DNA of 64,000 nucleotides from Hydrolagus colliei. Lineage: Eukaryota. Positions 23,701 to 36,539 of this stretch are shown in pieces. The notes below the pieces were generated by a model, which saw only the letters and a list, made by a program, of their open reading frames with translations, had not been told where the DNA came from and ran no database searches. The DNA is taken from positions 84,506,001 to 84,570,000 of the forward strand of contig CM068745.1 in NCBI GenBank assembly GCA_035084275.1. Reading direction: 5' to 3'. Every line of letters begins with the position of its first letter. The first letter of the stretch is position 1. The position numbers were made by a program, and so were the translations under genes.

Positions 23701-26700
23701 CCAGTTTTGAAGAGCACCTCAGTGTGTATTAATCCATATCACCCAGCCCACAAAGTGATGCCCCAAAGAGGAGCCAATCCTACCACTGCGATGGTCCCCA
23801 GTCGTTTGACCAATCAAATAACACATTGGGCTCCACTTTCAGTTGCTCCTCTGAGTCTTCAGAGGACAGTGCAAAGCACAATTCTTTTACTTTCCAACTC
23901 TCGTCACGGTAAGCAATTCACACTTTTGAAATAAGATTAGTGTAGGACTGAAGACTTTTCTTTAAAAAAAATTATTTTTAGCTCATACAATCATTAGTAA
24001 GTCTTTGGTTTTATCAGCACAATGTAAGGTTGCTGGCATGTAGCAAAAGCACTGAGCATGGCAGGAACAGCCATCACTAACATTTACATTCAGAGAATGA
24101 GTGCTATTCTCAGGGTATTCTTAATGATGGGCATAATACCCGACCCGATCTGATACAAGATTGTCAAAGTTGAACAGCATTTTGTTAGTAACAATCACTA
24201 TTTGGCTACTGATACGAATGTGCAATAGTCTGGACTTGGAATCAAATACATCTGAGGGAGGTGAAGCCCATGGAGAATTCCTCCACTAAGATGACTGTAA
24301 ATGGGCACATTAGGAGAGTTTAAATGTGTTTCCCAGAGGACACAAAAAAGCACATTTAATTTGCAACATTTTTTTGCATTCAAGTGTGGCCTGTGGAGTT
24401 GCCAGCGAAACGGTGAAATTCCGATTGGAAATAGAAACAATAACTCGAGTGTTGGGCTGAGGGCCCGAGAATTTAGTTATTCAGCTGCTTTTTCGAACAA
24501 GTCGGTAAAAACTCAGCGAGTCAAATAATCAGCCTGTAATTTCATCTCTCATCTAAACAGGATTAGCAGTTTGGCTAACTTTAGAAGAGGGGTGTGGGGG
24601 GGTAATGATGCGAATGACGAAGGGAAAGGAAATTAAAAGAGTTAAGGAATTGCAATATGCCCATTGTTTAAGAGTTTAGTTGTCAAATTTGACTGTTGTT
24701 ATTCTCCTGCTATGCCAGTGATGATACATGCCAGATTTTTTTTCAAAAAGTACAGTCAGTGGGCAGGTTCAGCCACTCTGAGGGGGAGAAGATTAAAGTG
24801 AGTTACTCAGTCACGAGTTAAGAAATGAGGTATACAACAGCTCCTGTACCCACAGCAAATGGTAATGACCACCCATTTTAAGCAAGAGGAAGAAAATGAA
24901 ATAGTCATGCCTAGTGACTGACTCGGGACAGTACCAAGTTCATTCCAATTAGAAGTTTGGCAAGATCCTCGAATAAGGGAACAAAAAAAATCGGCACGCG
25001 AGGATCATTTCCCCCTTTTCCCCAGAATTTTTCATCCACCAAAGTTCCGTGAAATTTTGCTGCACTGATTAGCGAAATCCAACTTCAGATAAACACCATG
25101 GCAGAGGGCACAATCAACTCTCACGGCAGCTTGCAAGGCTACCCCACACCCCCTTTTTCTCTCCTTGGTGACAACTGGAGTCGGACTCCAACACTGTATC
25201 ACAATATAGTTGTTAAGATAGTATGTACACCATGATTCGGGGTATCCCAATCTACTGATAAAGGGGGACACTGGTTAACTAGCCACTTATACTGCAGGCT
25301 TGGCATTTCTTTACTTGAGTGACAAGTCTCTTCCAAACTCAGTTGAAATAATTTGTCACTCTCAATTTCCGTGGGGTATAATTAATCTTTCATTTTTTTT
25401 AAAAAAAACGGTTGAAATTGAAACAGTGATTGTAGTTTTTGCTGAAAAAAATCAGTTCTATAATAAAAAAAAGCAGCGATACTTTGATTGATCTATGCCA
25501 GACATGATACATTTACATCATACGGAGTAAAAAAAAGGCTAACCTGTAACCTGTGTGGGTATTTACAGCAGACATGAGAATAAATTTTGTTATGAGATTT
25601 CATTTTCTTCCTCAGATTTCCTTCAATCATTAATTTACTGTACAACCTGATCTACGCCTTTGTTCCAAGTGCTCTCCTTACACAACTGAAATGGATTCAT
25701 CAAGATTTTTTTTTTTTCTTTTTACATCTTTCTCTCCAAGACAACATAGCTCTTTACAGAAAAGAGTCCCTAAAATGAGAATCAGTTCTACCTCCACAAA
25801 CCACTTGGGCAAAAGTCTTCTGGTTAAATCACCACCTTATTTTCATAATTCTCAATTTAGTCTGTTGCTAATTTACTTACTTCAATTCAATATTTCACAC
25901 ATTCAACGACTGAGCCATCGGATTGATTGATTTATCCCCTCCCCTTAATCCCTTCATTATTGTAGCAGTACATTGGCCCCGAACAGTTTTATGTGATTAT
26001 AATTTTGAGATGAAAGCAGAGGTTGCTTTTGTAGATTTGATGAATTCTTTGGAACAGGTGTGAGGACTAATAGACAAAATATGATTTCAGAACAGAGAAC
26101 ATAGGCCTGCTCAAAAGGGAGCCAAGGAAATACAAAGAGTTAATACTGGTTCATAAGGCTGCACAAACTCAGCAGCTAACCCTAACAATCAGTCAACGGA
26201 AATTTATTTTGCTTTCTTCGACAGCTTCCCTATGAATACAGGATGGAAGCGAAAGCAATAGGAATTTTGAAAATACCCATTGCTGTTTGCATTTACCATT
26301 AAATGACGTGCACGACTGACACCTATGAGCCGCTCATCTACTTTATGTGCTTATTTTACATCTGTATAAAACTTTGACCAGCAGTACAAATTGCTATTCC
26401 ATACCTCAGAGGTTTCCAAGGGAATAAATAGTGAAGTGTTTGAAATTCCCTTTCATTTAACTGAACATGAAAACACAGAAATGTGATTACAGCGCAGTAA
26501 TAGAAATGATATGTTCAGAGTATAATTGTAGTAGTTTTTCAGGCTCCGGCATCGCCACCATTTATATACGTATCCATTTTATAAGAAAACGCTGGGAGTG
26601 TGTCAAAGAAAGCATAATAAGAAAAAAAATGGCTCAGGCGTTCATTGCTTCCTTAAATTGGAGTAAGCTGCAACACTTTCATCGGGCGTTTCACTTAACG

Positions 26701-29700
26701 TATCTAGAGCTGGGCGATGTTTTGCAAAAAAAACGCATAAGGAATGAACAAAAAATGTCAGAACATTTCAAGTTTCTTCGCACGACGTGGCCTTATGGGG
26801 GAGGGCAAAAGAATGAAAATGCTTTATGGCAGACTGGTTACTATAGCAACACAGCTACGATCTATCCTCCAAATCTTTTCGTCCCGTTACCTCATATGGT
26901 ATTCAAACCCGTGGAGCAATTTAGTGGCTGGTAATTTAAAAAAATAAAAAAAAAGTCCAATAGCAATGAATGTCCAGATTCAATCGGGTGTGTGGAATAA
27001 AGGGTATGATGGCATAAAGGGTATGATGGCTGTTCTTTGTTTTTTGTAAATCCTGTTGTCTGAACAAAATGAAAATAGTAACAGGAGTAGTCTAGCCCAA
27101 GAAGAACTAAATCTCCTGATGGCAGCCTGTAAAATTACACAAGCGGTGAAACATTTTATCGTTAGGGCTATCATGCCTTCATAACCGGTTAACTCACTTG
27201 AAATTTGTTGGGAGTAGCCATGGGAGAAGAACGATGAAAAACAAAACAAGATCAAATATGTTGTTTGAAACTGGATTTTTTTTTGTTGAGTGCGCAGATA
27301 TTGGAAATGAACCAAATTAAAGTTGCCTGCCAAAAATAAACATTCACTTAAAAATCCTTAGAAACTCAACTTTTTTTGTTCATCCTTATACAAGTTGCAA
27401 TGTAAAGCAGTTTGGTAGGCATTGCTCCAATATCACCTTCGTGAGAATAAATGGATGGGTATTTTTGTTGTCTAGCTCCATCAGTCTTCAGTGGAGAAGT
27501 TTAGTAAGATATTGTATCGCCCAACCCTAGTAGTATCCTGAATTGACCATACATAGCATTAACACTGACCAACATTATCAGTCAAGCATAAATGCTACAC
27601 TATTATTGATCTATGTACTGGTAATGATTTTACTGCTAATGATAAAGGGCACGGAGGTGTGGGTAGACTGTAACATTGCTGCAGCCTTCAACCAGAAGAT
27701 TTAATTGCCCGCAGCACTGTCCAGTCTTCAAATAACTTTGGCCAATAGCGCTGAACTAATAATGAAAATATATCAAACAGGTGACACTAATTACGGCAGC
27801 CACCTGCCTCGGAAAGCAGCCCTTCGAACTGAGTGAGTGGAAACATTTAAGGTGTGCAATATAATTAAATTCTCGATATTTTACCGATGTGGCGAATAAA
27901 ATTACATTTAAATGGTGAAAACACAACAATATTCCAAAATATAATCAGTTACTTTGAGGGTTGCATTAAATTTTAAATGAGAAGGCAAAACAAATGAAGC
28001 CCAAAACCCCAATTCACAGAAGAAATAGCCAAAGATCTTGCAGGTAAAAAAAACACAGATTAACTGTGCTGGTGGCAATTATATCCAGATGAGGTTACCA
28101 ACACAGTTACTATTTGGCATAAAGCTGCAATCAATTACCAGGACTTTTTGAACTGATTCCCTGTATGACTCTGATGCAACAAGATAAAAACATGAAGAAA
28201 AATATATTGCACACCCTAATATTTACCATTGAAAAGTCAAACCATGCCACCGATGATTCAAAACCACATCTGAACCCAATATGTGGGTCTAAAATGTCTG
28301 CTGAAACCATCTATGGTGCACCCCCTAGTTTGGTGACTTCTGGTCACAACTAAACAAACCGCAGCAAAAATTCTAATTCCGCCAACTGGATGCAAAAGGG
28401 AGAGCTATGATAGTCATATCATTTACTCCCAGACATCAACCAAATGCCCGGGGCCAACCTCAACCACTTATCAATACAACTGTTCTTTGATCAGTCAAGC
28501 AGGTGCAAGGAGCAGGATATATTTTTGGTCTAGATTGAATTATTTAGCATTGCTATCAACAACAATAATAATACGAAGTTAAAAAATTACTCAGCTATTA
28601 GTGTGACAAACACTACATTCAGTTTACAACACAAATAAAACATTTTCACTTTCTCCTTTTAGTTTTAGAAAACATCATTTCTATAGTGGAACCCTCCCCA
28701 TCCCAGATACTGTTGATCTAACCCCTTTCTAACAAATGGCCAGTGAAACAGTACTGTACTGTTCAGAAATGTAGAAGAGCTACAATACAAATCTTGACTA
28801 GGTTAAAACAATGAGATGAGGCATGCTGAAACTCAGGCCACGTTATAAATTGATCGAGTTGCGAAAGAAGGAGTTTCCTTTGGCAAATAGAATCACAAAG
28901 TGATTTGACTTTTTTCTTTCTTTAGGAATCGACATCACCCTTTTTTTTTATTAAAAGAACTAAACCCATAACCAAAAATTTTGTTTCCTAAATTTTTTTT
29001 ATATATATATACAGAATATCACCCAAGAATCAACATCTACATTCTAAATCTACAATCATATCCAACAGGAAAAGTTTTTGCGTTTGCAAAGCAAGCCTGT
29101 AATTGCTAAGCGATGCTGAGGTATTTTTTTTAATATGGAAAGATTGCAATGATGAAAAATTTTGCTCAGGTTCTACTTATAGGGTCCAAGACCTATCTTG
29201 TTACTTCCCAATGAAAATGTTTGCACAGCTAATGTTTCTTAGAAAATTAAAGTTCATAAATGCAGTGGATAATATTGGCAAACAATGCTGCAATGTGATG
29301 AATTAAACAGATGGGCAATGTCGGACTTTGAATCCTTCATTTACATAGGGTTCACTCAGGAACCATTCAATACAACATAGTTGTATTCAGCTGAAAGGCC
29401 AAATAGTGCGACTGCTACATGAAGCTCAATCGAAGTTCAGCGTTGCAATGGGCCAGGTTAAGTTTCACCCTCTCATTTCAAAGGTGGGAGTATTCTGGCA
29501 TGGTGCTCATGAATTTGTTACAGTTGTAATAAAAAGTATTGGTGACAACCAGTAGAATAGAGAAATAAAGATTATTTCTTCATTTTTACTCCTGGGTCAG
29601 ATTAATGAATCAAACCAAAACATGCATAGCACTGTTCTTGCGTGTCAATGGATTTTGATAGAATTTGTTCTCTAAAGCAAGTTTTTAGTTCAACAGTGCT

Positions 29701-32700
29701 TTCTCATATTGTAACGAGTAAAGATGAAAATGGCAGAGGGCTGAATTCTGCAAACAATTGTATAACATCATACAGAGTCAATTTAAATCTGTTGTTTTTG
29801 CAGTGGGTTTAAAGAGAGACTACATACTGCCCCATTAGTTTCAACGTCAATCCAAGGTTGAATGGCCCATTGGCACTCATGGTTTGACATATAAATTCAT
29901 GGTATAACAATGGCACCCAGAATGTTAAGTAGAAAAAAAAATGGCTATGGAGTGAAAAGAGGAGAAAGAATAGAGTAATTACTGTCATTATTTTCAGCAG
30001 CACATCGATTGATCTTAAAATGTAGAAAAGCAGACTAGTCCCAGAGGCAAAAAAATCCCTCATGTGAGTCTGAGGATCGATCGTTTGTTACGACATTGAT
30101 CTTGTCTCCAGATAAGAGGTCAAATTGAAGTTAAAAACAAAAATAACATAGACCAAAATTACCCACTGCATCTGCACTTAATTTATCAGAAACAAATGAA
30201 AGTTTTTGAAAGTTAAATTCGTATTAAAGATGTATGAAAGTGTTAAGTATGTTTTATTGGCAGAATTCTAAATCAAAGTAACTTTTGTCAAATCTCCTGA
30301 TTATTAGCTATCAGCTAGTTATGGTGGCAAAATGTGATAATGCTCTTGAATTAGAACTAGTCAAAAAATAAAATATTATCATCCTGCATCTTAATTCCCC
30401 GTATCTTAAACTGAAATGTAATGTACCTGCATGTTTAATGTACATCAACATTATCTTAGTCTTGGCTTCTGATACTCCAAAATATATAATGCATTCGTAA
30501 CATGAGAAATAGAAACATCACACGATTAGATTTATCTAAATGTGACGAGAGCGTGACAGATCCGAGTTAATGTTAGAATGAAACTCTTTCGCTTTCTGCG
30601 TGTCTTCAAAAAACAGAATTTGCACCAACAAACAGAGGACCAGTTGTGGTTATAGAGACAAAGAACTGTATTGAAATTGCATGGCTTTCAAAGATTTCTG
30701 ACTTAGCTATATTTGAACTCATGTCTTGCAAGTGATTGGATAGCCTTGAACGCAATGATGTGGCTAGACCTTTAAAAAATATAAAAATTTCAAAGTTTGG
30801 GTAAGCGAACTCATGATCATTGTAAAAATCGAGCAAGTTTCATTTCTAAAAATTCTCTCCTGGCCCTATTGTGAATAAATACTGCATCAATTTTAAAACA
30901 ATTTTGATGAAGGAAGTTTTACATTTGCTTTAGGAGGTTTCGAAAGATGGGCAAAACAATCCGTGAAGATCAAATTTATGGTTACTTTTTAGTAAATGCA
31001 CTTCCAGAATTTTCAAAACGTACTTTTTCCGACAATCTAACAAATAATCCTAGCATTTGATATAGAGTGGATTATTATACAATATCTTCCCACTCTTCAT
31101 TCCTAGTTTTGTTTTCAAATGTTTCTGAACTACAGGTAGCTAAAGTGAATTCAGTAAGCTGAATAATATGTTAAAAGGTCGATTAAATTAATTACCAAAA
31201 TTTACGTCAAGGAAAGATTCATAAACACGTTTTCTTCTATTAAACGTACGGACAGCGAATGACTCAGTTCAATTGACCAGTGTGAATTCAGGATAAATAA
31301 CTATCAAACTTTGTGTTCACCAGTTACCCAAATAGCATAAAGTGTTGTTAAAAAAAGGATGGAAAATTCATCTAAGCCTATCAATACCTTGTGTCACAAA
31401 ATCCACTGACATCCCCTCATCATTGGTGCAAATAGAATTGGCTAGTTCTAATTTGTACAAGAGCATATGAAATAAAATCACATTTTCTCCCCTCACTCCA
31501 ATGTCCTACCAACTAAACAATACTTTCCTTTGCAACAGATTGGTACGGATTGCCCTTGTAATAATATATTGACCCTCTGAGTACTACAGATTAGAATTTA
31601 TCAACTTTATCTTCGGTCTTAAATAAGGCTGTAATGGAGTATCAACATTTTGTTTGTGTGAACTGGTTTAATCAGGTAAAAGATTCACGTCAGCTATATT
31701 TTTATCAACAAAAATCTATAGCTGAATTTCCAGACCCAATCCAGTTCTCTACCTTGGCTGATGACTTCTTACTTTGTGTTCGAATTGAAACAGTTATATC
31801 TTATAGTACTTTCTTGTGTCACGCTTTATAATATTTGCCATTTATGGAGCAAGTTGTTCTGCTAGAAACACAAGTTGTCCCAGAAATCCTAAATAGGTCC
31901 TCAAAAGGGTTCAAAGATATTAACGAATGCAACTCAAGTTCAAGTCAAATTTACTCACTATTTTGACAGAAGTCCCTTATTCTGTGAAAGCTGCCAGCAA
32001 CCACCATTCTTCCACTCCGTGGGAAAATGGATTGAAGCACCAATACAGTTCAGCATTGGGCAGCCCCTCCTTAAAATCAATTTATTTAGACAAGATGGTC
32101 TCAAACATCTTACTGTTTTAAGTATGCAATGATAATGCCAAAGTCTGGAGTTTAAACTATACCTGGTCTAAAGGCCATTAAACTCTAGTATAGAATTTAG
32201 TCGCTTATTTTTAAAATATATTTGGCGGCATTATAGTAGGTTCCAAACGGAGATATCAGCTGGACAGATATCTCAACCTCATCTGACCTGGGCGGTTGCT
32301 GGAAGCACAGAAAAACGGGAGAAACACTTTCACATTTTCGCCATCAGAGAAATAAGGGACTTCATTTGTAACATCTGATCAATCACACTTCAGAGGAATA
32401 TTCTTAGGTCTAGAATAGTTGGAATATTTTTCCAAAGTGTGCGATCTTACCCCCCAGTGAGAATTCTATATTATTTTACAGTTCTGCGACACAGAACTGG
32501 TTTGCTGTCTCCAGTACACTTGTAACAACAGGTTGAGAAGCCAGCAGACAACTCCTGCATCAGAACACTTCTGGCAATTCCAACACAATGTGTCACAATA
32601 TCCGTTCTGCACAACTTAACACTCGTAGGACCTGTATATCTTGAAATAAAGTCTTCAACCCCCGTAATATCACTGCAACACCAGCCCGTATTAGGTTGGC

Positions 32701-34643
32701 CAGCCAGTTTCAATTGCCCAATGAAAACTGGCTACACCAGACTCTTGGCTACTTTGCAACAACATGAAGTCCAGGTTTGAAGATTCCTTACCTGCAAAAC
32801 TATACTTAAGTAGAAAATAGCAAGTTTTCCTTATATGAACAGTAGCAACTAAATTACTGATGCCTATTAACTGCACTCATGCAAACAATGTCATTGGTAC
32901 AGCAGCTAGGTAAAACTGACTTTGGTTCAAGCTTTAATAGCTGGCCATATTTGGTAGGCAGCCATATTCATTTTGTTTGCAGTTTGGTAGTGTAAGAGTA
33001 CCAGAACTGCAATTTTTATGCCTTGAAAAGGAGATGATTACAGTTTCTGACAATGGGGAAAAAAGGTGTCTGTCTTTTTTTTGAGTTGAATCAATTGATT
33101 TAATTGCACCTGGTTGCTGTTACTTCCACAAAGTACCGCACCGGTTACACAGGTTTCAATGGCAAAATAATTTTAATAGCCAGTTAGCTAAAGCCAATAT
33201 ATGCGTCGTCTAAATATAGCACTAAGGTGGCTCCTATATCCAGCAATAGAGCACAGGGAAATTCAGATAAACAGATAACTGTTTTTAGCATATTATTTGT
33301 TATGTGATCAGTTATGGGTTCATAATGAATCACCGTATGCACAATTTCACCCCAAAATTGTACCCCTCCATGGGCAATCGGGTGTTAAGTCCATTTGTAA
33401 ATGATGATTCAAGCTGTCGTTAATAGCTTGGTTATCAGTACCACCGTGGCTGCCTCTTTCAGAAAAATGACAAACACCATTTTACTCCATATGAACTGCA
33501 AATGCGCTCCTCCAGTCCTTTAATATTTGGTTTCAATACGGTGCACGCTTACAGCAATGGGTCAAGCCATACTGTGCATACTGTAAGCCGCATGTCTCAA
33601 AATAACCCTATTTTCCAATACAGACGAACAAACTCCAAACTGAGCCAACATTAGATATGTTATGAGGCTCTAAGGAAACGTACATTATCCAGTTTCTATA
33701 AGTAAAGCGGTTTCTGGAAACTGGATAATCAATTTTCCTATCAGAAGCCTATATCGCCTTTTTATGATTGGCCTAGTTTGGATTGCGGTTTGCTCATTAC
33801 TACCATCTTCCACAATGATTCCGACTGATTCTCTAGTATTTGAGTCGACAAAAACTTCACAGGGTAACGTATGATCCACATACGATAAAGTCTCCATTTC
33901 CAGTTGTTCTGCCATGTGGATCAGTATTCCTGGCGGCATCAAATCTGTTGTTATTATCCAACCACCACGTTTAGGTAGGACAGACATTCTGATCTTAAAA
34001 ACAAGTATCATTTGAAAAACCACCAGTCTGTGAATTTTTGTCTAGACTTATCTATCCTTGCATCTTTCCTACAAATTAACCGACAGTAAACCACATTATA
34101 CAAACGGTGCATAAATCTACAGTGTACCCGACAAAAAAACCAACCTTTTTCTTTGAAAGGAAGCCATTCCAAGAGACGTTAGCAAGAAAAAAACCCATAA
34201 AAACCTAATTTTCTTAACGGTATACACAAGAAGAAAACAAATGCACAAGTACAGGCCTGCCTAAACTGTACCAGTTAAAGAAACCCATGCTATTTATACA
34301 TGATATAAACACCTTTATGAAACAAAAAGGCCTGTACAACAGACCCAATTAAAATAAACACACAATTAAAAAAAGAACTAATAAAATAGATACTAAGAGG
34401 AGACAGAACCCTTGCCTATGCATTGTTAATGACTCCTATATTGTTACGACCGTCTGAAACGATAAATATTCACGTGTTTTCTTTTTTGGTAGAAGTCTTT
34501 TTTTTGTCATATGTGACACAATCCTGAAAAACAAGCAGGTTAAAAAAAATTAGGCAAAAATATCAAGTTTTGCTTTTTGCTGGAAGCAGCCAAATACACA
34601 TCCCATCGCTGGATCGGACGACCCCCACTCCGGGAATCGCATC
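17735..34643 (-). other. POU2F1: Putative very long POU2F1 3' UTR (distal end uncertain)
   Basis: Directly follows stop; AT-rich; no retroelement seen 18520-34640; candidate signals ATTAAA 23213-23208, AATAAA 18224-18219, ATTAAA 17757-17752. Confidence 0.5.
18462..18515 (-). mobile_element. Decayed L2 3' tail (last recognisable repeat before the repeat-free block)
   Basis: aacaaactacatttatacagggcctttcacatc..ggacatctcaagg resembles 48109-48160. Confidence 0.65.
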
Positions 34644-34942
34644 TCACTGAGCCTTGGTGGTGCTGGTGGCCCCACCTGCCGAGGTCACGGTGAACGAAGG
34701 GTTCTGACTGGAATCAGCCGACATAGAGGTCATCTGGAGACTGGCGGTGTGTCCGGTGGCCCCGGCAGCAGAGACCAGGCTTACGGCTGGGTTGCTGGTG
34801 AGCAGGGATAGGTTCTGCGGGTTCAAAAAAAGTGGGCCGGTCACGATGTTTGGATGGCCCCCCTGGTGAGCTGCGTTGGCAAACAATAGATTTCCACTGG
34901 CATCAAACGAGGTTATAGGAAGGGACCCACTGGATGCAAGTG
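34644..34942 (-). CDS. POU2F1: Oct-1 last coding exon: [23 protein letters not shown]...[12 protein letters not shown]...TTKAQ*
   Basis: ttctcctcAG acceptor; TGA at 34646-34644; C-terminal KAQ as in Oct-1. Confidence 0.97.
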
Positions 34943-35058
34943 CTGAGGAGAAAAGAAAGAAAACAAATGAGAATTTAACAAAAAAATAACAAATGCTCTG
35001 AATTGAAGAATGCATTCTTGTACCTTCAAAGAAATGTTGCTAATGCGATAGTAATCCA

Positions 35059-35275
35059 TGCATTTGATTTAGCACATTATCACGTCTCAAAGCGCTTCAC
35101 AGAACACACAACAAATCACAATTATATTTATAGAGCGCCTTTCACGTCGGGAGGATGTCCCAAGGCGCTGGAATATACTGTAAAGTGAACCGGCAGTATG
35201 TTTTGTGGGCGAAACGCGGCAGCCAACTGTGCACAGCAGTGTCCCACAAACAATCATGGATTGAGTGACCAATAT
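35059..35275 (-). mobile_element. SINE 3' part with nested L2 (family A) tail at about 35108-35170
   Basis: SINE tail, then atttatagagcgcctttcacgtcgggaggatgtcccaaggcgc, then SINE body resumes. Confidence 0.85.
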
Positions 35276-35707
35276 ATGTACTACTTTTTGCTGCAGGTAA
35301 GCTGCAGTGCAATGCATCTTCAGCAAAACATCGATGCAAAATGAATAGTGGATTTGGTGAAAATGATTTAAAATGAGTCTGTCTGAAAGTGATCAAAAAG
35401 TTATGCTATCATCCTCTCGTCTTATACACTGGAATGTGTAAATTCCAGAATAAGATACTATTATCAGTACAGTGTGACATCACAAACCCACTATTTGTAG
35501 CTACAATTCGGTTATAAGATGGTTGTGTCATTCACTGTGCGCACATTAAAATAGAGGTGATTGGGTCTCTGCCATCATCACTTCCTGTACCCTGTTGTAG
35601 CTACAGCACACAGCAAGTTAAATTGGGGGCAACCTCATGGCATGCAACAACAAAATTACATGTGGACTGTGTAGCACTTTTCATACTGTGAGGTTGTTCC
35701 AAGGCGC

Positions 35708-36497
35708 TAGGGTCCGTCGATATGGAAAATTTTCCGATTAGATATATCGATGGGCTCATATTGAGATATACCAAAATATCGATATTTTCCGTTTTTTCGT
35801 ACTGCGCATGCGCGCGTGCATTCGGGGTGCGCGCGCATTCCAGGCCTATCTTCTCAGGAGGTAAATATCTTTCTCTCTCTGTGTCTCTCACTCTCTCCAT
35901 CTCTGTGTTTTTCTGTCTGTGTGTCTCTCTCCCTCTCTCCTCTCTCACATCCCCCCCATCTCTAACTATCTGTATATTATCACATCCAACCCGTCTCTCC
36001 AAACCACCACCCCCGCCGTCCCTCTCTCGTAACCCCCACCCCCGTCGTCTCTCTCCCCCACCACCCCAGCCGTCTCTTATCCCTTCCCCCCCCCCCCCCC
36101 CCCGCCGTCTCTCTCCCCTTCCCCCCAGCTGTCTCTCTCCCCCTCTCCCCCCCAGCCGTCTCTCTCCCCCCCTCCCCCAGCCGGATCTCTGCCCCTCTCA
36201 CACCCCCAGCCGTCTCTCTCCCCCTCACCCCCAGCCGTCTCTCTCACCCCCCAGCCCTTGCATACCTGTTTATTGTATTCGAGGACTGTGAATACAATAT
36301 GGCGGCTTTGCACCTCGGTCTGTGCATTGTGTATAGAGATGAGCATTCTGGGTCTGTTCAGTGTGCTCGCATCCCGATTTTTTACCTCGATATATCGTTT
36401 TTTCATCATATCGATATTTTTAAAATGTCTATATCGGCGTATCGATATGAAAATTATATCGGGTTTTAGTGATATATCGATATATCGCCAGACCCTA
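35708..36497 (+). mobile_element. Non-autonomous hAT-type DNA transposon (MITE), 790 bp
   Basis: TIRs TAGGGTCCGTCGATAT / ATATCGCCAGACCCTA; 8-bp TSD caaggcgc (35700-35707) / caaggtgc (36498-36505); subterminal ATCGAT/ATATCG repeats. Confidence 0.88.
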
Positions 36498-36539
36498 CAA
36501 GGTGCTGGACAATCAGAGCTTCAGACCTGCCAAGACGGT

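Noticed and set aside
26467-26934. 155-aa ORF on + inside the repeat-free block
   Set aside because: No recognisable domain and no phase-0 acceptor noticed; one ORF this long is within rough chance expectation for six frames of 64 kb.
18723-29013. Pumilio elements (TGTANATA on -) at 18723, 23092, 25222, 25560, 29006
   Set aside because: Count is close to rough random expectation for this composition; needs conservation data.
33685-34023. 112-codon sense ORF in the Oct-1 UTR with an in-frame tttaAG acceptor
   Set aside because: No similarity to any recalled Oct-1 isoform; would need junction reads.
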